Part shown: piece by piece, positions 42,717-52,931 of the stretch
Layout: the number at the start of each line of letters is the position of its first letter
Position numbering within the stretch: position 1 is the first letter of the stretch
Assembly (NCBI GenBank): GCA_963837805.1
Contig: CAWIOU010000019.1
Coordinates: 26,610 to 90,609 of the forward strand
Length of the DNA: 64,000 nucleotides
Direction: 5' to 3'
Source: an uncultured Acidimicrobiaceae bacterium
Lineage (GTDB): Bacteria > Actinomycetota > Acidimicrobiia > Acidimicrobiales > RAAP-2
The notes under the pieces: generated by a model
Database searches by the model: none
Seen by the model: only the letters and a program-made list of their open reading frames with translations
What the model was told of the DNA's origin: nothing
Program-made: the position numbers and the translations under genes

Positions 42717-43791
42717 ATGGCCCTGTCGTTTCTCTACCTCGCATTCGTCGGATTCCTCCAGTTGGTGCCCCTTTGGTCACCGCGACAGCGAGGAGTTGGC
42801 CGTTGAAGTCGTCATGCTCCGACACGAGGTTGCCGTACTTCGTCGCCAGGCGGTCCGACCGGCCCTCCAGCCTCACGATCGAGCCCTGCTCGCCGGACTG
42901 AGTCGGCTGCTTGATCGCCGGCGTCGAGGCCGGTCCTTCGTGCAACCCGAGACCCTGCTCCGATGGCACAGGGACCTGGTCCGCCGGAAATGGATCTAGC
43001 CCACCGCCCGGGTCGACCGAGCATCCCCGCCGGCACGGTGGCGATCATCCTCCGGCTGGCCGAGGAGAATCCCACCTGGGGCTACCGCCGGATCCAGGGT
43101 GAACTGGCAAGGATGGGGGTGGCCTTGGCCCCCTCCAGCGTCTGGGCCATCCTGCAACGGCACAACGTCGATCCATCACCGATGCGGACGGGGCCCAGCT
43201 GGAAAGAGTTCCTTCGAAGCCAGGCGACATCTGCGCTGGCCTGCGACTTCTTCACCGTCGACACGGTGCCACTGAAGCGGCTCTACGTGCTGTTCTTCAT
43301 CGAGCTCGACACCCGACGGGTGTACGTGACGGGGATCACCGCTCACCCGACGGGAGCGTGGGCTGTCCAGCAGGCACGCAACCCCACCATGGCGCTCACC
43401 GACCGGGCTCAACCCGTCAAGTTCCTGATCCGAGACCGAGACACCAAGTTCACCTCGAGCTTCGACGAGGTCTTCCGGGCCGAAGGCATCCGGATCATCC
43501 GCACCCCGGTGAGGGCACCTCGAGCCAACGCCTTCGCCGAGCGCTTCGTCGACACGGCACGCCGCTAGTGTCTGGACCGGATGTTGATCTTTGGTCGTCT
43601 TCATCTGGAGCGCGTGCTGGCCGAATACGCCGTCCACTACAACCACCACCGCCCGCATCGCGGCTCTCGATCAGCAGGCTCCACTATCGGTGGGGACGCG
43701 TCCGGCGTCGATCGGAGATCCAGACCTCGACCGATTATGGAAAACCGACAAGCTCGGTGGTCTCATCCACGAATACGAACTCGCAGCGTGA
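42717..43791 (+). mobile_element. IS transposase (HTH + rve/DDE integrase core), disrupted by several frame changes
   Basis: MALSFLYLAF..VVMLRHEVAVLRRQ..LLRWHRDLV..ENPTWGYRRIQGEL..ACDFFTVDT..FLIRDRDTKFT..ANAFAERF..HYNHHRPH..GGLIHEYELAA. Terminal inverted repeats not identified. Confidence 0.8.
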
Positions 43792-44051
43792 GGGCTTTGG
43801 ATGGCCTTTTCGGCACCCATAGGCGCTGACCGAACTCTTGGCCCACCCTCGCAGGATCGTTCAACTCGGCTCGCGTGCTCGGGAGCATGTTCTCGAGAGC
43901 TTCGTAGGAGACAAGGCACTTGCTTCTGTTTGCCCAGCTGATGGCCGAACTGTCCGAGTAGACGAGTGGGCTGCCTCTTGCTTTGGAAGTCCCCGGCGGA
44001 CCGGTGACGCCATCGCGATCTTGTGAGTCGCGCCGGGTGCTGCTCAGAGAC

Positions 44052-45041
44052 TCAGCACGGGTCTTGCTCTCGGCCCGGCGAGGTCAGGCCTCGGTAAGCC
44101 TCCAGGGGCTGAATGTCACCATCGATGATTCTGTTGATCATGCTGCAAATCGGCAGCTCGAGACGGTGCCGATCGGCCAGCTCGAGCGCCACGGTCGCGG
44201 TGTGCACACCCTCGGCGACCATATGCATCTCTCCCAGGATGTCCTCGAGTTGTCGTCCCTTGCCAAGCTGTTCACCCACGGCGCGGTTGCGGCTGTAGGG
44301 ACTCATGCAGGTGGCTATCAGATCTCCCATGCCCGCCAGGCCTGCGAAGGTGGCCGGTTGAGCACCCAAGGCTACACCGAGGCGGGTCAGCTCGGCCAAC
44401 CCTCGGGATATGACGGCCGCACGCGTATTGTCCCCGACACCGAGCCCCTCCCCAATTCCTGCCGCGATGGCGATGATGTTTTTGAGCGCGCCACCCATCT
44501 CGCAGCCGACGACGTCGTCGTTCAGGTAGACCCGGAATACGCCTCGAGTGAACACCGCCTGGAGGGCACTGGCCACTTCCAGGTCATCGGTTGCGATAAC
44601 CGTGGCCGCAGCTTTGCCCGTCATGATCTCCAGTGCGATGTTCGGTCCAGTCAGTGCCGCCACAGGGTGCCCGGGGACCACTTGCCTAATCACCTCGGTC
44701 ATCCGCAGGAGAGAACCGCGTTCGAGGCCCTTGGACAGACTGATTACTGGTATCCAGTGACGGATGCACCCGACGGCCTGTTCGAGCACACACCGGAAGC
44801 CGGAGGTCGGCACGCCTACGACCAGAAGGTCAGCATCGCACACGGCCTCCTTGAGGTCGGCGGTGGCCGACAGTGCGGGAGCCAATCCGAGACCGGGTAG
44901 GTACGCCGGGTTGACGTGCTCAGTGTTGATGGACCTGGCCACCTCAGGGTTACGTGCCCAAAGGACCGTGTCGTGCCTTGGTGCCACCAGGGACGCCATC
45001 GTCGTGCCCCAAGAGCCTGCTCCAAGCACAGCGATCCTCAT
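44052..45041 (-). CDS. gpsA: NAD(P)H-dependent glycerol-3-phosphate dehydrogenase
   Basis: MRIAVLGAGSWGTTMA..., NTEHVNPAYLPG, GALKNIIAIAAG. Intact. Confidence 0.9.
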   Translation of the reverse strand: MRIAVLGAGSWGTTMASLVAPRHDTVLWARNPEVARSINTEHVNPAYLPGLGLAPALSATADLKEAVCDADLLVVGVPTSGFRCVLEQAVGCIRHWIPVISLSKGLERGSLLRMTEVIRQVVPGHPVAALTGPNIALEIMTGKAAATVIATDDLEVASALQAVFTRGVFRVYLNDDVVGCEMGGALKNIIAIAAGIGEGLGVGDNTRAAVISRGLAELTRLGVALGAQPATFAGLAGMGDLIATCMSPYSRNRAVGEQLGKGRQLEDILGEMHMVAEGVHTATVALELADRHRLELPICSMINRIIDGDIQPLEAYRGLTSPGREQDPC

Positions 45042-45254
45042 CGACGATCAGTCATGTCCATGTCGAGCAGGTCGACCCCGGAATGGATACGACCAGCCGT
45101 TCGATCGGTCGAGGGAGGAAGGCCCCGACCGGCCATCCATGGAATCAGACGGGCCGATCCCACCGATCCTCCGGAGCGTCGCCTACCTCTGATTCCGCCC
45201 TTGGGAGGGGTTCCAGCCTCCGAGGATCCAACTGTTGGGGTGCGTACGGTCATC

Positions 45255-46295
45255 TCAGCGGGAGAGCACGACTTTCAGCGCTCCGGTGTCGGCGGCTCGG
45301 GCGAACACGTCGTAGGCCTCATCCATCTGCCCCAGACTGAATCGGTGGCTTACGAATTGCGCAGCCTCGATCTGTCGAGCTGTCACAAGCCTCAAGAGAG
45401 TTGGTGTGGAATAGGTGTCCACCAGACCGGTGGTGATGGTCACGTCGCGGATCCACAATGACTCGAGGTGGAGGGTAGCCGGCTGGCCGTGGACTCCGAT
45501 ATTGGCCACGTGACCACCGGGCCTTACCAGTTCGGTGCACATTTCAAACGAGTCGGGGACACCAACCGCCTCGATGGCCACATCGGCGCCGAGGCCACCG
45601 GTCAGCGCTTGGACCATAGCGACGGCGTCTTGGTGCCCATTGTTGATCGTCACATCGGCGCCGAATCGCTTGGCGGCTTCGAGGCGGGCATCGGCGAGGT
45701 CGACAGCCACCACGTGGCCTGGTGAGAAGAGCTTGGCGCCGAGGATGGCCGACAAGCCGATCGGGCCAGCTCCCACCACGACCACCGTGTCACCCGGTTG
45801 CACCTGGCCGTTGAGCACCCCGACTTCGTAGGAGGTGGGGAGAATATCTGCCAGCATCAGGATCTCCTCGTCGCTCGCTCCGACCGGCACTGGATAGGTC
45901 GACGTATCGGCGAAGGGGATCCGGACGAACTCCGCCTGGGTGCCATCGATCAGGTGCCCGAGGATCCATCCGCCTCCCCCCAGGCACTGGCCATAGCGGC
46001 CTTCTCGGCAGAAGCGGCAGCGCCCGCACGATGAGATACACGAAACCAGGACTCGTTCACCGTGGACGACGCTCTTGACCCCCGCGCCGATCTCAACGAC
46101 AGTCCCGACAGCCTCATGGCCCAGGATGCGCCCGCCGGCGACCTCGGGGACGTCGCCTTTCAGGATGTGCAGGTCGGTACCACAGATGGTGGTGGCATCG
46201 ACTCGGACGATGACGTCGGTGTCGTCCTGGATCGTCGGGTCGGGAACCTCCTTCCACGACTTCGAGCCCGGTCCTTCGTAGACGAGCGCCTTCAT
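45255..46295 (-). CDS. zinc-dependent alcohol dehydrogenase (MDR family)
   Basis: CGTDLHILKG, GHEAVGTV, CGRCRFCREG, VVVVGAGPIGL. Intact. Confidence 0.85.
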   Translation of the reverse strand: MKALVYEGPGSKSWKEVPDPTIQDDTDVIVRVDATTICGTDLHILKGDVPEVAGGRILGHEAVGTVVEIGAGVKSVVHGERVLVSCISSCGRCRFCREGRYGQCLGGGGWILGHLIDGTQAEFVRIPFADTSTYPVPVGASDEEILMLADILPTSYEVGVLNGQVQPGDTVVVVGAGPIGLSAILGAKLFSPGHVVAVDLADARLEAAKRFGADVTINNGHQDAVAMVQALTGGLGADVAIEAVGVPDSFEMCTELVRPGGHVANIGVHGQPATLHLESLWIRDVTITTGLVDTYSTPTLLRLVTARQIEAAQFVSHRFSLGQMDEAYDVFARAADTGALKVVLSR

Positions 46296-46609
46296 GGTGG
46301 CCTCCTTGTGAACGCCTCAGACCTCTAGCATGGAACCCAGCATCGGTATTGGCTAGGGCCAAAGGTCACACCGAGTCCCGCACACAACCGTCGAGTCGTG
46401 GGAATGCCGGGGGCCCGACACCTGCCGGTCACAGAAAGGTCAGGGCGTATGAACGTTCTTCGTGATTCCGATTGCCAGGTGGCAGGGACCGATCTTCACC
46501 CCCATCTGACTAAGGACCCGGGTGTCGTCAAGCCTTGCCCCCTGGCACGATGTGGCGACATCGACGTTCTGGAACCCGCGTCTTCCGGGCCAACCCCGAG
46601 TCTGACCCC

Positions 46610-47845
46610 ATGCGGATCGTCTCGCTCGAGGAAATCACCAAGCATCTGGGCGCACTGCCGGACGAAGAGCCACGGGTCGTTGTATCGGGCAATTTCGCCA
46701 CGCCAGCGAGCCTCGTCCACGCCCTGGGGGCCTCACGCGAGCGGTGTCGCATGTTCGCCATCAACGCCCAGACGGGTTGGCCCCAGCGCCCCGGTCTCAT
46801 CAACGAGACTCCATTCGTCGGGCCCGGAATGCGCCATGATCCTTTGCTCGACTACCTGCCGATGCGCCTGTCACTAGTTCCCCGACTGTTCGACACCTCG
46901 CGGCCAGTCGACGCTGTTCTCATCCATACCACGGTCCCCCGTGGCGGCAAGGTCTCGCTCGGGATCGAGGTCAACATTCTTCCTGCGGCCATCGAGCGGG
47001 CGCGTGCGCGGGGCGGACTGATCATTGCCCAGTTGAATCCGAACATGCCTTACACATTTGGCGACGGCGAGCTATCGGTCGACTGGATCGACTTCGCAGT
47101 CGAACTCGATGAACCACTCCGAACAGCTCCGTCTCGGCGGATCTGCGAGACAGACAGGAGAATCGGTGAGCAGGTCGCTCGCTTCGCCGATGACGGGGCC
47201 ACGTTGCAGCTCGGCATTGGGAAGATTCCGGACGTCGCTGCAGGTGAGCTCGTTGCTCGTCGAGATCTCGGTATCTGGTCCGAAATGATCAGCGATGGCG
47301 TCCTAGCCCTCGAGCGGGCCGGTTCTCTTGATCTGGGCCGATACCTTCAGACGTCGTTTCTGTCTGGGTCGTCGGAGCTCTATGAGTGGGCCGACGCCAA
47401 TCCCCGGCTACAGATGGTACGGACCGAGGTCATCAATGACCCAGCACGCATAGCCCGCAATCCGGCCATGGTCTCTGTCAACATGGCTCTGCAGGTCGAT
47501 CTCTTCGCCCAAGCCAATGCCAGCTTCGTCGGTGGGGTAGTTCACTCAGGCTTCGGCGGCCAAGCAGATTTCGTCATCGGTGCCCTTCACTCGCCAGGCG
47601 GGCACGCGGTGGTCGCCGTGCACTCGTGGCACGAAAAGACAGACGCCTCATCCGTTCTTCCGGTCCTCATCAATCCGGTCACGTCGTTTCAGCACTCGGC
47701 CATCGTCAGCGACCAAGGGTGTGCCGAGATCTTCGGCCGATCACAGCAAGCGCAGGCCCGACTGATCGTAGAAAATGTGGCCGATCCTCGGGCCCGCGAC
47801 GAGCTTCTGGAGGCGGCTGGTACGCTCAGCCGTCTTCGGGCATAA
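46610..47845 (+). CDS. acetyl-CoA hydrolase/transferase family protein
   Basis: Start MRIVSLEE. The family was assigned from overall resemblance (IHTTVPRGGKVSLGIEVN, GGQADFVIGA). Intact. Confidence 0.65.
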   Translation: MRIVSLEEITKHLGALPDEEPRVVVSGNFATPASLVHALGASRERCRMFAINAQTGWPQRPGLINETPFVGPGMRHDPLLDYLPMRLSLVPRLFDTSRPVDAVLIHTTVPRGGKVSLGIEVNILPAAIERARARGGLIIAQLNPNMPYTFGDGELSVDWIDFAVELDEPLRTAPSRRICETDRRIGEQVARFADDGATLQLGIGKIPDVAAGELVARRDLGIWSEMISDGVLALERAGSLDLGRYLQTSFLSGSSELYEWADANPRLQMVRTEVINDPARIARNPAMVSVNMALQVDLFAQANASFVGGVVHSGFGGQADFVIGALHSPGGHAVVAVHSWHEKTDASSVLPVLINPVTSFQHSAIVSDQGCAEIFGRSQQAQARLIVENVADPRARDELLEAAGTLSRLRA

Positions 47846-47957
47846 AGTTGGCCCCAGAGCAAGATCGTCCAGGCGGTGCTCCGATCCGCAGATGGCTATG
47901 GTGCACGGGACCGCTTGGGTGCTGCCTCCGTCGTGCTCCCGTCGACCGAGTGGATTC

Positions 47958-48965
47958 CTAACTCCTAGCGACAATGGCTGCCAGGTCGACGAGTCGACTC
48001 GCATAGCCCGACTCGTTGTCGTACCAGCCGAGAACCTTGACGAGGTGTTCATGGGCCATGGTGAGATCCGAGTCGAAGATGCACGAGTAGGGAGATCCAA
48101 CGATGTCCGAAGAGACGAGGGGTTCTTCCGAGTACTCGAGCAGCCCGGACAACCGACCGGACTCGGCGGCCGCCCGGTAGGCGTCCTTGATCTCGGTGAC
48201 GGTGGGCGTGTCCCGTACGTTGGCGACCAGATCGGTAATCGATGCGTCGGGTACTGGAACTCGGAGCGCCAAGCCGTCCAGCGCTCCGGCCACGCTGGGA
48301 AGCACCAAACCGGTGGCGCGCGCCGCGCCAGTCGTGGTCGGCACGATGTTGATGGCCGCGCCTCGTGACCGTCGGGGGTCTTTGTGGAGAGCGTCGACCA
48401 GACTCTGATCACCGGTATAGGCGTGAACGGTCGTCATGAACCCATCCTCGATTCCGAATGCGTCATCGAGGACCTTGGCCAGGACGGCGAGGCAATTCGT
48501 GGTGCAGGACGCGTTCGAAACGATGAAGTGCCGCTCCGGGTCGAACTGCTCTTCATTCACCCCGACCACCAAGGTTGCGTCGGCGTCTGGGGAGGGAGCA
48601 GAGATCACGACTCGGGTTGCGCCCGCTTCGAGGTGAGCTGACGCCTTCTCGCGGCTGGTGTACCTGCCGGTCGACTCGATGACCACGTCAACCCCGAGCT
48701 CACCCCAAGGGAGGGCCTTCGGCTCGGATTCTCCGAGTATCGCGATCCGGCGCGAGCCGACGACCAAGGCGCCATCATCGACCCAGACGGGTTCGGGAAA
48801 TCGTCCGTGCACAGAATCACGAGCGAATAGTCGGGCAAGTGCCTCCGGCGAGCCGAGATCGTTGATCGCAACAATCTCGATCTCATGCGAGGAAGAGAGT
48901 GTCGAACGTAAGAACGACCGTCCGGTCCGTCCAAAGCCGTTGATTGCCAATCGCACCGTCATCAA
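47958..48965 (-). CDS. gap: type I glyceraldehyde-3-phosphate dehydrogenase
   Basis: INGFGRTGR, SNASCTTNCLA, WYDNESGY. Intact. Confidence 0.92.
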   Translation of the reverse strand: MMTVRLAINGFGRTGRSFLRSTLSSSHEIEIVAINDLGSPEALARLFARDSVHGRFPEPVWVDDGALVVGSRRIAILGESEPKALPWGELGVDVVIESTGRYTSREKASAHLEAGATRVVISAPSPDADATLVVGVNEEQFDPERHFIVSNASCTTNCLAVLAKVLDDAFGIEDGFMTTVHAYTGDQSLVDALHKDPRRSRGAAINIVPTTTGAARATGLVLPSVAGALDGLALRVPVPDASITDLVANVRDTPTVTEIKDAYRAAAESGRLSGLLEYSEEPLVSSDIVGSPYSCIFDSDLTMAHEHLVKVLGWYDNESGYASRLVDLAAIVARS

Positions 48966-49367
48966 AGCTCCTCCGTGGATTCTCTATCAACCTTCTTGCT
49001 CAAGGGTGCCGGACACGCTCCAATCCAGGTAGGGCCAAACGTCCCACACTTTTCCGTCGCGTCTTCGAAAGTCCCATGGAACGAAAATTCAGACTTTCAA
49101 CGCATGCGTGAGCCTGCCGGGGCCCCGATCGGGTCAGGCATGTGCCGCGCACGAATCCGATGCGGTTGCAACATCGCACGTCACCGAACGTTGTGGGCGG
49201 ACGGTGAAAGCCCAACTGCGCCGCAAGGATGGAGTGAGCTGGATCTTGTGCGGAACAAGGTGGGGCGACGGGCAGCAGCGAACCGGTCGACGCCCCGGAT
49301 AGCCGGACTCGTGCCGGGCCAGGAGAATCATCTTGCAGTGCAGAATCTGCCTGCGGTGGGGATCACG

Positions 49368-49862
49368 CTAAGGGGCTGTTGGCGGGCAACGAAGCCTTCG
49401 ACCCGAAACCTCCGAGTGTGTGATGGAGATGTAGTGCTCGTGGGGCCCCTTGACCCAGGGGTCACCTACGGAGTCGCGGGCTCTCTCGGCCCACGGGTTG
49501 GCCGCATCTGTAATGTCTTCGGCAAATCCGCGCACTTCGACGACCCAACCTTCACGAGTGTCGGGGTCGATTTGCTCGACCTCGAATGCCACGTGGGCGA
49601 GTGATGCGTAGGTCAGCTTCACTCCTGGCTCCGTCCTGATGGCAATGATGCGCTCGGAAATGGCATAGTTGACGGGAAAGATCTCCGGTCGACCATCGCG
49701 AACGATAGCGAGTCGGCCCAAATCTTGACTCTGAAGAAGTTCGAAGCACTCCTCCTCGCCGATATTGTCTAACTGTCGCTGCCGATCCGGCGGGCCGGCG
49801 ACCGGTTCTATGGGCCCAGGTTGCGAGGCGCTGTGAGCGTTTCCCTTCATCGGATCCATCAT
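49368..49862 (-). CDS. pyridoxamine 5'-phosphate oxidase (PPOX/F420-binding-like) family protein
   Basis: ECFELLQSQDLGRLAIVRDGRPEIFPVNYAI...VAFEVEQID...GWVVEVRG. Confidence 0.7.
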   Translation of the reverse strand: MMDPMKGNAHSASQPGPIEPVAGPPDRQRQLDNIGEEECFELLQSQDLGRLAIVRDGRPEIFPVNYAISERIIAIRTEPGVKLTYASLAHVAFEVEQIDPDTREGWVVEVRGFAEDITDAANPWAERARDSVGDPWVKGPHEHYISITHSEVSGRRLRCPPTAP

Positions 49863-50264
49863 GCCACGTGGCTTCGTGCCGTCTGGCCTTCAAATGCATA
49901 CGCCCTTTCCGCAGCGTGATCCCGTTCGGTCGTGGGGGCCTTTCACCGACATCAGCACCGAACGTGGTAGCTCAGCGAGCAATGGCGGCCGTCGTCGGTC
50001 GTAACGGCCGCTAAGTCCCACCACGGATTGAGCAGTCCAGATGAGACGAACCGATAGACGGAAGATCCGCGGGTCTGCATCAGCGCCAGCCTGGTTTGGA
50101 TTGCAGACGAGGAGAAACAGATTGTAGCAACAGAGCCCGGACGCAGTATTTGCGACGGCGTAAGTCGACGCCGCGACAGCGAAGGGCCAAAAGGTCCGTC
50201 AGCGCCCCTGGCTAAGATCAGCATTCGGTGCCCCCACGAACCGAAGGCAGTAGGAGCGAGTCCC

Positions 50265-50855
50265 ATGAGCGAGATCGACGCAGCCGGCCAGGACGATGAG
50301 CACCCTGACGGCTCAGACAATGGGGAACCTGCGTCGGACGGGGTGCAAGAGGGCGCACACTCTGCGGGCGGAGATTCGCTGAATGAGATCGACGAGATTG
50401 TTGATCATTGGTCCCAGCTGCGCCAAGAGTCTGCCGACGAGCAAGCTCATGCTGAAATCGAACGGGAGCACTTCCTGCAAGAGTTTCGAGCCATCACATC
50501 GTCAGTCATACGGCCGACGATGGATACGGCACTTGAACGGCTTCGAAAGGATGGAGGCGGCGGTCTGATCGAAGAAGGCGGGCCGGAGAGCCGGCGCAAG
50601 CCCCGGGTGACTCTCTGGATGTCGATGAAAGGTGAGATAGCGGGCTCTCCTCGTCAGGACCTGAACCCGTTTTTACAACTCGACGCCGACCCGGTGCAGC
50701 GGCAGATCGATGTTTGGGAAGGTGACATGGTCGAAAATCAAGGCACCAGCAGGGCAACGTCTCCATGGGCATTGTCTGAGGTCACAGAGGAAGCTGTCAT
50801 GGGGAGAATCGTCGCCATCCTTCGACGCGCCGGTACCCATGGTGTGGGCCAGTAG
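50265..50855 (+). CDS. hypothetical acidic protein
   Basis: 196-aa ORF with plausible composition. No family recognised. Confidence 0.45.
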   Translation: MSEIDAAGQDDEHPDGSDNGEPASDGVQEGAHSAGGDSLNEIDEIVDHWSQLRQESADEQAHAEIEREHFLQEFRAITSSVIRPTMDTALERLRKDGGGGLIEEGGPESRRKPRVTLWMSMKGEIAGSPRQDLNPFLQLDADPVQRQIDVWEGDMVENQGTSRATSPWALSEVTEEAVMGRIVAILRRAGTHGVGQ

Positions 50856-51150
50856 GCGTTTCAGGCCCGACCAAGGGCATTCGTGGTGCGGCCGGAAATC
50901 TCGGCTGATCCAAACGCTCGCCCCCAGTGTCAGAGAGATCGACATGCCGCGGGAGGCGTTGCGCAAGTCACGTGCAGGGAGTATCAAAGCGGCCGTGCTG
51001 ACGATCCTCAGACGCATTTACATCCTGTCGGTGCCAAGAACCTCATCCACGTCATGCGACCAGGCGATACTCGTGGATTACTCCGCCAAGCCGATCTGTC
51101 CCTTTGAGTCGTGAAGGATCGATGTTCTCTGGTCCTGCGGCGGCCAAGCC

Positions 51151-51345
51151 CTAGGCCTGAGGCGGTAGCTGACCCAGTGATCGATGAGGCCTATGACAGT
51201 TGTAGTGCTCGAGATACTCGTGGACGACGCCTTCGAGATGTCGACGGCCGAAGATGATCAGCCGATCCTGACATTCGCGACGGACGGTCCCCACGAATCG
51301 CTCAGCGAAGGCATTGGCGCTAGGTGCCCGGATAGCGGACTGGGG
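51151..51345 (-). mobile_element. 3' fragment of an rve-type transposase gene
   Basis: IRAPSANAFAERFVGTVRRECQDRLIIFGRRHLEGVVHEYLEHYNCHRPHRSLGQLPPQA aligns to the C-terminus of the IS at 42717-43791. It abuts the stop of the acyltransferase gene. Confidence 0.75.
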
Positions 51346-51347
51346 GT

Positions 51348-52295
51348 TCAGCGAGGGAGGGCACGGGAGACCAGGTTGACGAGCCCGCGGCGGACGGGGT
51401 GGGCCTGCTCCACCCGCAGGCGGTTCAAGGCGTCCTGCATCGTCTCGACGACCTCCGTAGCGCATCGGTCGACGATGTCTGCGTCCTCCGCCATCTCGGG
51501 TCCGAGGTCGTGCCACTCGATGGGTGGTAGGAACTCGACGGTCACCGACGAGGGAAGGGGCGGCGGCGGAGTGATCGCCGTGGTCAGCCCGAACGGTCCC
51601 AGAAGGATCGGGAAGACCTTGATGTGGGAAGCACTAAGGCCGAGTGCCCGGGCGATGGTCTCCCCGCGGGAGATGACGATCACCGCGTCGTGGCTCCCGT
51701 GGGCCACCACCGGCACGATGGGCACCCGGGCGCGGAGCGCGAGTCGGATGAAGCCGGTCCGCCCTCCGAAGTCGATGGTGTTGCGATCCAGCCACGGTCG
51801 GCAGGCTTCCCAGTCCCCACCCGGGTAGTCGAGTACGAGTGCTCCAGCATCCAGGGCGGCTTCGGCTTCGGCACTCGACGCCGGGATGGCACCTATGCGA
51901 CGCAGGAACGGCCCGATCACGGGGAGGGCGAAGAGGAGGTCATAAGTGAGGCTGTAGGCGGGATGTGCGGTTCCGCGGCGGTCGACGATAGAGAGCGCGG
52001 TGACCCAGACCTCCGGCATGTAGAAGAGCCCGCAGTGGTTGCCGACGACTAACGCCGGTCCGTCGGCGGGGAGGTGCTCGAGACCTCGCACTTCCGGCGA
52101 GAAGTACCGGGTGTAGACACGGACCAGCCCCTGTGCTCGCTCGATGTACGCGGGATCTCGGTGCAGGGCCCCTGGGGCGTGCTCACGTTCAAGGCGGCGG
52201 GCCAGCGCCGCACCTGGTCTGCGGACTCGGCAAGCCCGCTGTCGGGATCTGGTCATCATCTTGTCGTCCGGGTGGGTGAGCCCTCCATCGTCCAT
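51348..52295 (-). CDS. PlsC-like lysophospholipid acyltransferase, paralog 2 (intact)
   Basis: VVGNHCG (HX4D-region variant), VLDYPGGDWEACRPW, GFIRLALRARVPIVPVVAHGSHDAVIVISRGE. Confidence 0.75.
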   Translation of the reverse strand: MDDGGLTHPDDKMMTRSRQRACRVRRPGAALARRLEREHAPGALHRDPAYIERAQGLVRVYTRYFSPEVRGLEHLPADGPALVVGNHCGLFYMPEVWVTALSIVDRRGTAHPAYSLTYDLLFALPVIGPFLRRIGAIPASSAEAEAALDAGALVLDYPGGDWEACRPWLDRNTIDFGGRTGFIRLALRARVPIVPVVAHGSHDAVIVISRGETIARALGLSASHIKVFPILLGPFGLTTAITPPPPLPSSVTVEFLPPIEWHDLGPEMAEDADIVDRCATEVVETMQDALNRLRVEQAHPVRRGLVNLVSRALPR

Positions 52296-52472
52296 AGCCC
52301 CGTTCTCGCGCCGAATTCAGGACACGAACAGGGCCATTCGGCCCGAGTCGGGCCCGCCGGCGACCGTGTGCCAACTGCCGGGTGGACGAGATGTGACTTT
52401 CGCCTCTCGCCATCCGGGTCGGAAAAGGCGGAGGATGAAGGTCAGAGGGACTCCAGTCGAAAGGTGAGGAAC

Positions 52473-52925
52473 GTGGTTGAGCCGAAGGACATGAGGCACA
52501 AGATCGAGCGGGTGATCGAGCGGGCACAGGACGAGTTGATGGGCGCCAGCCGTGAGTTGGCCAGTGGCATCAGCAGGGAGACGGAGCGGCTCGTCCCGCC
52601 GGTTTCGAACGACATCGAGCGCCTGGTCGATGAGGTGTTCGACTTCGCCGAGCGGGTGGTCAAGGGCCAACGGAAGATGGTCGGTGACGTGGTCAAGACC
52701 ATCAACGAGCAGACAGACCGGGCGGCTCAGGCAGGCCGGACCGCCACGCAGCGGGTCACCAAGAAGGGGGCCACGAAAAAGAGACCCGTGAAGAAGGGGA
52801 CGGCGGTGAGAAAGGCAACCGGTACAAGGGCCGCAGGTAGAAAGGCCGTAGCCAAGAAGACCGTGGCCAAAGCGTCACCGACAGCAAAGAAGGCACCCGC
52901 GAAACGTGGGTCAGCCAAGCGGTAG
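52473..52925 (+). CDS. HbhA/TadA-like coiled-coil protein with Lys/Ala-rich tail
   Basis: GTG follows AAGGTGAGGA (ATG at 52491 is an alternative). Helical N-terminal part, then ...KKGATKKRPVKKGTAVRKATGTRAAGRKAVAKKTVAKASPTAKKAPAKRGSAKR. Confidence 0.6.
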   Translation: MVEPKDMRHKIERVIERAQDELMGASRELASGISRETERLVPPVSNDIERLVDEVFDFAERVVKGQRKMVGDVVKTINEQTDRAAQAGRTATQRVTKKGATKKRPVKKGTAVRKATGTRAAGRKAVAKKTVAKASPTAKKAPAKRGSAKR

Positions 52926-52931
52926 GTTCAA

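Noticed and set aside
43830-44040. A minus-strand fragment downstream of gpsA with an XRE-like stretch (SAISWANRSKCLVSYEALENML), apparently cut by the IS right end
   Set aside because: There is no start codon, only about 60 codons, and the motif match is loose. I kept it as a note only.
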